Part shown: piece by piece, positions 1-8,984 of the stretch
How positions within the stretch are numbered: the stretch's first letter is position 1
Layout of the letters: each line of letters begins with the position of its first letter
Assembly: GCA_900542965.1 (NCBI GenBank)
Contig: UQPY01000001.1
Coordinates: forward strand, 21,484-85,483
Length of the DNA stretch: 64,000 nt
From: an uncultured Collinsella sp.
Lineage (GTDB): Bacteria; Actinomycetota; Coriobacteriia; Coriobacteriales; Coriobacteriaceae
Direction of reading: 5' to 3'
The notes under the pieces: model-generated
The model's database searches: none
What the model saw: only the letters and a program-made list of their open reading frames with translations
Told to the model about the DNA's origin: nothing
Position numbers and translations under genes: made by a program

Positions 1-1113
1 CTCGTGATCGAACAACTCCCAGGCCTCATGCACGGCATCGAGTTTAGCGTGCGTCTCGGGACGACGCGGCATAAACAGCGTGCAGCAGTCGGGAGCGGCC
101 TCAGTCGAGATATCGAACGTACCAATCTCCTCGGCGCGCGCGATAATCTCCTGCTTGTCCGAACCGATGAGCGGACGGAACACGGGGATCTTCACGGCCT
201 CGTTAACGGCCATGATATTCTCAAGCGTTTGGGAGGCAACCTGCCCAAGCGATTCACCCGTAACGATGGCCTTGGCGCCCTCGATGTGTGCAATGCGCTC
301 GGCAACCGAATACATAATGCGGCGATACATGATCACGCGCAGGTTGCTGGGACAGGTGACCGAAATCTCACGCTGGCAGTCGCCAAACGGCACCACGTAC
401 AGGCGACCGATCTGGACACCCGGCTCAAGCGCACGGATGATGTCCTGTACCAAATACTCGCTCGTATCGGGCGTCTGCGGACGACCGGAGAAATGTACCG
501 GCACGCACACCGCACCGCGACGCGCGAGCATCCAAGTCGCCACCGGAGAATCGATACCCGACGACAGCAGCGTCACGACCTTGCCGGCAGAACCCACCGG
601 CAGACCGCCCACGCCGCGCTCGGAGCGCGCGTACACATAAACGCTACCCTGAACCACCAGTACGTGCACCATGGCATCGGGGTCGTGCATTTGAACCTTT
701 TTATCGGGGAAGGCCTCACACAACACCTCGCCCACCTGACGATTGATATCAATCGAGGTGAGCTCATAGTCGGTATTGGAGCGCTTGGCGTGCACCTTAA
801 ACGAATCGAAAGGACCAAACTCGCGCAGCGCCTTGACGGCGGCGGCACAGTACTCCTGCGGGTCGCGGTTAGTGTGATACGCCAAAGACACACGAGCAAC
901 GCCGGGAACGGTGCGAATGACACGCGCCGCCTCATCGGCCTGATGCTCGTTAAAGGTCACGAGGATATAACCGGAAATTCGAGACACGGCATTCACGGAA
1001 AAGGCGGCCAAGGCCGCCTTGATGTTATCCATGAGGATATGCTCAAAATGTGCGCGGTTCTTACCCTTCAGTCCAACCTCGTGATAGTGGACCAGGCAGA
1101 CGCGAGCCGCCAT
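1..1113 (-). CDS. thiI: tRNA 4-thiouridine(8) synthase ThiI (3' end runs off the window)
   Basis: Not in the ORF track because no stop lies in the window. Manual translation from ATG at 1113 gives MAARVCLVHYHEVGLKGKNRAHFEHIL..., PP-loop SGGIDSPVA, TGESLGQVASQTLEN, RPLIGSDKQEII and DCC, all ThiI motifs. Confidence 0.93.
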   Translation of the reverse strand, partial: MAARVCLVHYHEVGLKGKNRAHFEHILMDNIKAALAAFSVNAVSRISGYILVTFNEHQADEAARVIRTVPGVARVSLAYHTNRDPQEYCAAAVKALREFGPFDSFKVHAKRSNTDYELTSIDINRQVGEVLCEAFPDKKVQMHDPDAMVHVLVVQGSVYVYARSERGVGGLPVGSAGKVVTLLSSGIDSPVATWMLARRGAVCVPVHFSGRPQTPDTSEYLVQDIIRALEPGVQIGRLYVVPFGDCQREISVTCPSNLRVIMYRRIMYSVAERIAHIEGAKAIVTGESLGQVASQTLENIMAVNEAVKIPVFRPLIGSDKQEIIARAEEIGTFDISTEAAPDCCTLFMPRRPETHAKLDAVHEAWELFDHE

Positions 1114-1395
1114 TTAGGCTTCAGCAACCTTGTGGCCGAGCGCCTTCTCGTAACGGGCCTCGTCGTAAGAGATGTCGCCGTCGACAATCTCGTCCATAGC
1201 CATCGAGATGGTATCGGCACCGGAAAGCCCGATGGTGATGTCATCGACATCCTGGACGGCAAGCACGCGGTTGTGCTGGCCACGCAGCATGCTATTGATG
1301 TCGCAGGCGCGCTTGGAGGCAAGCGAAGCGAGCAGGAAGCGGTTGTGATCGGTCTTCTCCAGAAGATCGTCAATGCAAGGCTTTACAACGGACAC
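1114..1395 (-). CDS. rpoZ: RNA polymerase omega subunit
   Basis: P-IDDLL...NRFLLASLASKRA...AMDEI pattern; canonical gmk-rpoZ order. Confidence 0.9.
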   Translation of the reverse strand: MSVVKPCIDDLLEKTDHNRFLLASLASKRACDINSMLRGQHNRVLAVQDVDDITIGLSGADTISMAMDEIVDGDISYDEARYEKALGHKVAEA

Positions 1396-1400
1396 GGACC

Positions 1401-1970
1401 TCAGATCCTTTCATGCATATCGAGAACGCGAACGAGCTCATCGGTCGCGCGGTCGAGATCGTCATTTACCACGACGTCGTCGTAGCGGTCGGCAAGGGCA
1501 AGCTCATCGGCGGCGTTTGCCATACGCAGCTCAATCGTCTCGGGCGTCTCGGTACCGCGACCGACTAGACGCTCGCGGAGCACCTCAAGCGAAGGCGGCT
1601 TGATAAAGATCAGCACGGCCTCGGGGAAACGCTCCTTCACCTGCAGGGCGCCCTGGACATCGATCTCCAAAATCAGAGATGCGCCAGAGGCGAGCTTGGA
1701 TGTGACCTCGCTCACCAACGTGCCGTAGCAGTTACCGTGGACCTCGGCCCACTCAACAAACTCGCCGTTTGCCACGCGGCGGTCGAACTCCTCGCGCGTC
1801 AGAAAAAAGTAGTTGACGCCGTCGACCTCACCTTTACGTGGTGCTCGCGTGGTAGCCGAAACCGTCAGGCCCAGGTTCGAGCGGCGCTCGCGCACACGAG
1901 TGACGAGCGTACCCTTGCCTGCGCCTGACGGTCCAGAAATCACAAAGAGCTTGGAATCCTGAGCGCTCAC
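1401..1970 (-). CDS. gmk: Guanylate kinase
   Basis: ISGPSGAGKGT P-loop, SATTRAPRKGEVDGVNYFF, EIDVQGA. Confidence 0.97.
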   Translation of the reverse strand: MSAQDSKLFVISGPSGAGKGTLVTRVRERRSNLGLTVSATTRAPRKGEVDGVNYFFLTREEFDRRVANGEFVEWAEVHGNCYGTLVSEVTSKLASGASLILEIDVQGALQVKERFPEAVLIFIKPPSLEVLRERLVGRGTETPETIELRMANAADELALADRYDDVVVNDDLDRATDELVRVLDMHERI

Positions 1971-2279
1971 TTATTTGGTCAGCTGCTCGAGGAGCTGCTC
2001 GCGCTGACGGACGCCGAGGCCCTGGACGCGACGGGTAGCGGAGATACCGAGCTCCTCCATGATCTTGGCGGCCTTGGCCTTGCCATAACCGGGGAGAGAC
2101 TCGATGAGGGTGGAAACCTTCATGCGGGAAGCGATGGGGTCATCGGAGTTGAGCACGGACTCGAGGGACTTCTCACCCTTCTTGATCTGCTCGCGAAGCT
2201 CAGCGCGGGCGTGACGTGCGGCAGCAGCCTTCTCAAGAGCCTGCTTGCGCTGCTCGTCGGTAAGCTGAGGGAGTGCCAT
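1971..2279 (-). CDS. mihF: Actinobacterial integration host factor (mIHF/sIHF, H2TH nucleoid protein)
   Basis: MALPQLTDEQRKQALEKAAAAR...LPGYGKAKAAKIMEELGISATRRVQGLG; GGAGG RBS before ATG 2279; typical position upstream of gmk. Confidence 0.92.
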   Translation of the reverse strand: MALPQLTDEQRKQALEKAAAARHARAELREQIKKGEKSLESVLNSDDPIASRMKVSTLIESLPGYGKAKAAKIMEELGISATRRVQGLGVRQREQLLEQLTK

Positions 2280-2320
2280 TCGTACCTCCAAATAGTTGGG
2301 TTATATCTGATTCAATAATT

Positions 2321-2352
2321 GGCATTTTAGCACGTAGAACGTACAAAATGCC
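2321..2352 (-). promoter_or_regulatory. mIHF promoter region: extended -10 (TGcTAAAAT) inside a GGCATTTT...AAAATGCC inverted repeat
   Basis: Seen directly in sequence; function inferred. Confidence 0.45.
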
Positions 2353-2518
2353 TAATCGCGGCTCCATAGGTTAGACGATACCCGCAAAAAGTGCAATATA
2401 CTGCGCCCAAAGTTAAGCCCCTGACCTGCGATTCCACACAAAGGATGGGAAAGTTTACGCAGGCACCGAGGCTATTTTGTGCTAATGAGACCCAAAACTG
2501 GTGACTTAGGGGAATCTT

Positions 2519-3235
2519 TTACGCGACGTTATCGACCAGCTCGGCGACGATGGCGTCAAAGGCGGCAACCGGATCGTCGGCACCGGTGACGGGACGGCCC
2601 ACCACAATGTGGCTTGCGCCACGCTCGATAGCCTGGGAAGGCGTCGCCACGCGGGACTGGTCACCAAGGGCGGCACCCACCGGACGCACACCCGGAGTCA
2701 CGATCAGGGCATCAGGACCCAGCAGCTCACGCATGTCGTGAGCCTCCATCGGTGAGCACACGATGCCATCGATGCCGTTGGCCTGAGCAAGCTTTGCCAA
2801 GCGGGCGGCCTCCTCGGCCACGGGCGACTCGACGCCGATCTCGCTCAAGGCATCCTGATTCATGCTCGTGAGCACGGTGATGGCGACGAGTTTGGCGCGG
2901 TCCTCACGCGCCTCCTCGGCACCCTCGCGGCAGGCAGCGAGCATAGCACCCGAGCCCAGGCCGTGGACCGAAAGCAGGTCGGCACCGGCAAGCGAGGCCG
3001 AGCGGGCAGCGCCGCGCACCTGATGCGGAATGTCATGGAACTTAAGGTCGAGGAAGACCTTAAAGCCAAGGTCCTTAAAGGTCTTGACGATCTGGGGACC
3101 CTCGGCGTAATAGAGCGTCATGCCAACCTTGAGCCAGGCGGCATGGCCCGAAAGCTCGTGGGCAAGCTCGAGCGCACGCTCACGGTCGCAGTCGAGAGCG
3201 ACGATTACGCGGTCGCGGGCATCGGTCTCTAGCAT
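2519..3235 (-). CDS. pyrF: Orotidine-5'-phosphate decarboxylase
   Basis: FLDLKFHDIP, VTPGVRP, VVGRP motifs. Confidence 0.97.
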   Translation of the reverse strand: MLETDARDRVIVALDCDRERALELAHELSGHAAWLKVGMTLYYAEGPQIVKTFKDLGFKVFLDLKFHDIPHQVRGAARSASLAGADLLSVHGLGSGAMLAACREGAEEAREDRAKLVAITVLTSMNQDALSEIGVESPVAEEAARLAKLAQANGIDGIVCSPMEAHDMRELLGPDALIVTPGVRPVGAALGDQSRVATPSQAIERGASHIVVGRPVTGADDPVAAFDAIVAELVDNVA

Positions 3236-4152
3236 TCGAACGCACCTACCAGTTCGTTGATGTCCTTCACGCCCTGGGACTCGGCCCAGGCCTCGAGCTC
3301 ATGCGCAATCTTGAGCGAAGCGCACGGATCGACGAAGTTGGCCATGCCGACCGACACGCAGGTGGCGCCAGCCAGGATAAACTCGGCCGCATCTTCGCCA
3401 GTCATGACACCGCCGACGCCGTTGATGGGGATATCGACGGCCTGGGCGACCTCCCAGACCATGCGAACGGCGATGTGGTGGCACAGCGGGCCCGAAAGGC
3501 CGCCCTTGGGCTTGGCCACGCGGGACTTGCGGGTATGAACATCGATGGCCATGCCTTGGATGGAGTTAATGACCGAAAGGCCGTCGGCGCCGGCAGCCTC
3601 GAGGGCCTTGGCGATCTCGGCGACGTTGACCGGCGCCATCTTCACGAAAAGCGGCTTATCGGTCACCTTGCGGCAGGCAGCCATAACGGAAGAGGCGCCC
3701 TCGGGCGTGGAGCCCATGGCGGCACCGCCGGCGGCGATATTAGGGCAGCTCACGTTGATCTCGTAGCCGGCAGCCCAAGGGCACAGCTCAACATACATCT
3801 CGAGTGCGCGGACAAACTCGTCAACGGAGTGGCCGGCAACCTGACAGATGACCTGGCAGCCGTCCTTGGACAGCTGTTCGAGCCACGGACCGGACTCGCG
3901 GGCAAAGGCGGCCACGCCGGGGTTCTGAAGGCCCACGGAGTTGATCATACCGCCGGGAATCTCGGCCATGCGGGGCGCGGGGTTGCCGGGCCAGGGCTCG
4001 GCAGCGCAACCCTTGGTGGTGATGGCGCCCAGCTGGGAAACATCAAAGAAGTTCTGGAACTGCCAACCGTAGCCAAAGGTACCGGCTGCGGTGTTGATGG
4101 GGTTCTGCATCTTGACGCCGCCGAAATCGACGGCCATGTTCACGGTACCCAC
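3229..4152 (-). CDS. pyrD: Dihydroorotate dehydrogenase (class 1B) catalytic subunit
   Basis: AAGTFGYG, NSVGLQNPG, EINVSCPN, GGLSGP; start taken as the GTG overlapping the pyrK stop (TAGTG). Confidence 0.95.
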   Translation of the reverse strand: MGTVNMAVDFGGVKMQNPINTAAGTFGYGWQFQNFFDVSQLGAITTKGCAAEPWPGNPAPRMAEIPGGMINSVGLQNPGVAAFARESGPWLEQLSKDGCQVICQVAGHSVDEFVRALEMYVELCPWAAGYEINVSCPNIAAGGAAMGSTPEGASSVMAACRKVTDKPLFVKMAPVNVAEIAKALEAAGADGLSVINSIQGMAIDVHTRKSRVAKPKGGLSGPLCHHIAVRMVWEVAQAVDIPINGVGGVMTGEDAAEFILAGATCVSVGMANFVDPCASLKIAHELEAWAESQGVKDINELVGAFEC

Positions 4153-4943
4153 TAGAAGACCACCACCTTGGAAGCATCGAACACGGGGCCGCACATGCAA
4201 GCACCCTTCATACCGTCGACCGTTTCGACATTGCAGGTGTTGCAGGCGCCAAAGCCACAGCTCATCATGCGCTCGAGCGACACCTCGCAGTACGCACCGA
4301 CCTCGGCGGCAGCGGTGGCGACTTTCTTCATCATGACAGCGGGGCCGCAGCTGGCGACGTAATCGTAGCCGCCCTCGCCGAGCAGCTCGGCTGCCGGATC
4401 GGTGCAAAAACCGTGCGTACCCAGCGTACCGTCGTCGGTGCACACGTTAACCGTGGCGCCCAGCGCGCGGAACTCATCGACACCCACGGCCTTGGAAGCG
4501 GTGCCAAAGCCCAGGCACACGTCGACATCCACGCCCTGCTCGGCAAGCATGCCGGCGAGGCACAGCACGGGCGGAACACCGATGCCACCGGCGACGAGCA
4601 GGGCCTTCCTGGTGCCCTCGGGTACCATCCAGCCACGGCCACCGGGGCCCAGCAGGTTAGAGGTGGAGCCAGGGCCCATCTGGGACAAACGACGGGTATC
4701 GTCGCCCACAACGGCGTACCACAGCTCGACGGTACCGGCCTGGGCGTCGGCGCGATAGAAGCTCAGGGGCACGCGAAGCAGCGAGGACGCATCGCCGGGC
4801 ACGGCAATGTTCACAAACTGACCGGGCTTGAGCGCACTTGCAAGCTTGGGGGCCGAGATGACGAGCGAGAAGATGCCGTCGGCGATCTCCTGGTTCGAGA
4901 CGACCTCGAAGTCGTGCATGCGTGCAGTGGAAGGTGTGGGCAT
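4152..4943 (-). CDS. pyrK: Dihydroorotate dehydrogenase electron transfer subunit
   Basis: PGQFVNI, AGGIGVPP, CGP, SLERMMSCGFGACNTC...CMCGPVF [2Fe-2S] motif. Confidence 0.95.
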   Translation of the reverse strand: MPTPSTARMHDFEVVSNQEIADGIFSLVISAPKLASALKPGQFVNIAVPGDASSLLRVPLSFYRADAQAGTVELWYAVVGDDTRRLSQMGPGSTSNLLGPGGRGWMVPEGTRKALLVAGGIGVPPVLCLAGMLAEQGVDVDVCLGFGTASKAVGVDEFRALGATVNVCTDDGTLGTHGFCTDPAAELLGEGGYDYVASCGPAVMMKKVATAAAEVGAYCEVSLERMMSCGFGACNTCNVETVDGMKGACMCGPVFDASKVVVF

Positions 4944-4986
4944 AGACGCTCCAATCCCCCATGCGGTTGCATGGTCAAAACGAACA

Positions 4987-5017
4987 GAAAGCGCGGCACC
5001 GCAAGGGCACCGCGCAC
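4987..5017 (-). terminator. Internal terminator-like hairpin between pyrC and pyrK
   Basis: Minus strand GCGCGGTGCC-CTTGC-GGTGCCGCGC (two G-U pairs) followed by TTTCTGTTCGTTTT. Confidence 0.5.
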
Positions 5018-5035
5018 AAAAGCGATAAGGCAATG

Positions 5036-6308
5036 CTAGCAGATGCAGCCGTCGGCGAGCGTCTGCTTACCGCCGACAAACACATCGGTAGCACGACCGG
5101 TAAGCGTGCGGCCGGCAAAACCGGAGTTCTCGGCGCGCGACTCGTAACCGTCCTCGCCGACCGTCCAGGTGGCAGAGGGGTCGAACACGGTCAGGTCGGC
5201 AACGGAGCCCGCCTTGACCTGAACCTGGTCGAGGCCCAGGATCTCACGCGGCTTGATGGCCATGAGCTCGACCATACGGCCCATGCTCATCTTGCCCGTG
5301 TTGACCAGCTCGGTGAGTACGAGCGACAGCGAGGTCTCGAGGCCGATCATGCCAAAGGGCGCAAGCTCGAACTCGCGGGCCTTCTCCCACGGGGTGTGGG
5401 GAGCGTGATCGGTGACGATAGCGTCGACGGTGCCGTCGATGACGCCCTGACGGATGGCCTCGGCGTCCTCGTCGGTGCGCAGCGGCGGATTGACCTTGAG
5501 CGAGGTGTTGTAGGTCTCGTCCAGGTCGTTCTCGGTCAGGAACATGTGGTGCGGGGTAGCCTCGCAGGTAACCTGAACGCCAGCGGCCTTACCGGCACGC
5601 ACGATCTCCAGGCCATGGGCGGTGGAGATGTGCTGGATGTGCAGCTTGGCACCAGTCAGCTTGGCGATCTCGATGTCGCGGGCGATCTGGAGCTCCTCGC
5701 CGGCAGCCGGCCAACCCTCGAGAGCCAGACAGGTCGAGACCTTGCCCTCGTTGATCTGGCCGTGGCCGACCAGGTCCTCGTCCTGGCAGTGGCTCATAAA
5801 GACCTTGCCGAACATCTTGCCGTAGTCCATGCAACGACGGAGCATGCCCGCGCCCTGCACGCCGCGACCGTCGTCGGTGAAGGCGACGGCGCCGTGGGCG
5901 ACCATATCGCCCATCTCGGACATGGCCTCGCCCTTAAGACCGCGGGTCATGGCACCCGACGGATAGACGCGGCAGTGACCGACCTCGGCAGCGCGGGACT
6001 TGACGAACTCCACGACGGTGCCGTTATCGGTGACGGGATCGGTGTTGGGCATGGCGCACACGCCGGTAAAGCCGCCCTTGGCAGCTGCACGGGTGCCGCT
6101 CTCGATGTCCTCTTTGACCTCGTAGCCGGGCTCGCGAAGGTGAACGTGCATATCCACCAGGCCGGGGACGAGGTACTTGCCGGAAAGGTCGCGGACCTCG
6201 GCTCCCTCGACGGCGAGATTCTCGCCGACCTCGGCGATCTTGTCGCCGTCAATCAGGACGTCAACGACACCGTCAATCTCGACGGACGGGTCGACGACGT
6301 GGGCATTC

Positions 6309-6325
<17 letters not shown>
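5036..6325 (-). CDS. pyrC: Dihydroorotase
   Basis: PGLVDMHVHLREPG, AMPNT, KVNPPLR, TDHAPH. Confidence 0.96.
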
Positions 6326-7854
<1,529 letters not shown>

Positions 7855-7863
7855 TCACATGTC

Positions 7864-7971
7864 TTGACTGCTGACACAGTCAAAAAAATAGATGCCCGAC
7901 CGCTTAAAGCGGACCAGACACCCACAGGAAAGGCTGCTCTTTGGCAGCTATGTAATTCCATGTGGGTATCT
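7864..7971 (-). promoter_or_regulatory. pyr operon leader/attenuator: PyrR-binding-loop-like hairpin, intrinsic terminator and RBS-proximal hairpin
   Basis: Hairpin CCCACA(T)GGAA..GCTGC-CAAAGA-GCAGC..TTCC-TGTGGG; terminator GGTGTCTGGTCCGC-TTTAA-GCGGTCGGGCATC-TATTTTTTT (7882-7923); TTGACTG/CAGTCAA hairpin; -10 TACACT at 7997-8002. Confidence 0.7.
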
Positions 7972-8095
7972 CGTACCCCTTTAATGGTCAAGGGATAGTG
8001 TAGCCAACCTCGAGCTTAATTGCGAGCATAAATACAGAGCAATCCGTAAACGGAGCCCAATGCTCCATAAACCTATATATATTTGTGGGACGAGC

Positions 8096-8124
8096 TTGAA
8101 AACGCACGCACGAGCTGGCATAAT
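8096..8124 (+). promoter_or_regulatory. Sigma70-type promoter upstream of rpmB
   Basis: TTGAAA-17 bp-CATAAT; a second extended -10 TGcTATAGT lies at 8231-8239. Confidence 0.6.
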
Positions 8125-8293
8125 CCCCTCTGCTGCACGCAAATCGGATCTACGTCCAGGGCCGTGGCGTGGGCACTATCGCCAAAAGAGGAATATCTCT
8201 GTGTAGATTGCGCACAGGGAGCGACTTCTGTGCTATAGTTCAGGCTTGTTTGTTAACGCGACATGTTCGTTTGTCGCCCAAGGAGGGTCAGTT

Positions 8294-8482
8294 ATGTCCA
8301 AAGTTTGCGAAGTTTGCGGTAAGCACCCCGTTGCCGGTCGCTCCATCAGCCACTCTCACCGCGTCACCAACCGTAAGTTCCGCCCCAACATCCAGCGCGT
8401 CTACGTCGTCGTCGATGGTCACCGTCGCAAGATGAACGTTTGCTCCACCTGCCTCAAGTCTGGCAAGGTTGCGCGCTCCTAA
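8294..8482 (+). CDS. rpmB: 50S ribosomal protein L28 (zinc-ribbon form)
   Basis: MSKVCEVCGK...SHSHRVTNRKFRPNIQ...VCSTCLKSGKV; AGGAGG RBS. Confidence 0.97.
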   Translation: MSKVCEVCGKHPVAGRSISHSHRVTNRKFRPNIQRVYVVVDGHRRKMNVCSTCLKSGKVARS

Positions 8483-8550
8483 ATAAGGTCTTACCAACAA
8501 GTACCTCGGACTCTCCGGGTCAAAGACCTCGCGTTCATATAGAACTTACC

Positions 8551-8583
8551 AAAGGCGCCCTCCCCTACGGAGGGCGCCTTTTT
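8551..8583 (+). terminator. Intrinsic terminator after rpmB
   Basis: AAAGGCGCCCTCC-CCTAC-GGAGGGCGCCTTTTT. Confidence 0.88.
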
Positions 8584-8586
8584 GCA

Positions 8587-8831
8587 CTCATTGGGGACAG
8601 ACTTATATGAGGGTTTGCAGATGTCAAAGGGATCATAGCCCAGCTGGTATGCCTTGTAACTAACGGTACGCCTCGAGCGAGTCGGACGCACCTTACACGG
8701 GATTGAAATGGATGTAATCGAGTAGCTACACCGCCTGTGTGTCCGACTCAACCGCGACCCGCGAATAGCGATTATCAAACAGATGTCCCGTTTTCCCATT
8801 GAAATACTCATGAGAGTCTGTCCCCAATGAG
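8587..8831. mobile_element. Non-autonomous REPIN/MITE-like relic bounded by perfect 17-bp inverted repeats
   Basis: CTCATTGGGGACAGACT (8587-8603) and its exact reverse complement AGTCTGTCCCCAATGAG (8815-8831). Confidence 0.8.
8610..8807 (-). pseudogene. Decayed fragment of a REP-associated tyrosine transposase (RAYT, Y1 HUH family)
   Basis: Manual translation YFNGKTGHLFDNRYSRVAVESDTQAV*LLDYIHFNPV*GASDSLEAYR, then a frameshift to SYKAYQLG. Matches the RAYT GHLFxxR / YIHxNP / YxWSSY motifs but has two in-frame stops and a frameshift. Confidence 0.8.
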
Positions 8832-8853
8832 CGGGGCGATGCAGCAGGCAGAT

Positions 8854-8893
8854 AGTTTTATTTAAAGCGTTTCAGTTTATTGAAGCGTTTTAG
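8854..8893. promoter_or_regulatory. Tandem operator-like repeats upstream of adhE
   Basis: AGTTTTATTTAAAGCGTTTC / AGTTTATTGAAGCGTTTTAG; extended -10 TGcTATCAT at 8936-8944. Confidence 0.5.
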
Positions 8894-8984
8894 TATGCCT
8901 TTTACGGGAATCTTACCGTTCGCCGAATAATTTCTTGCTATCATGCAAGACGTAGGGTAAATCTCCGATCGCAAGGAGACACAA

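Noticed and set aside
4..1485. 493-aa plus-strand ORF
   Set aside because: Antisense shadow of thiI/rpoZ; no motifs.
8491..8811. 106-aa minus-strand ORF as a real gene
   Set aside because: It runs through the rpmB terminator and only partly shares frame with the RAYT relic; better explained as pseudogene debris.
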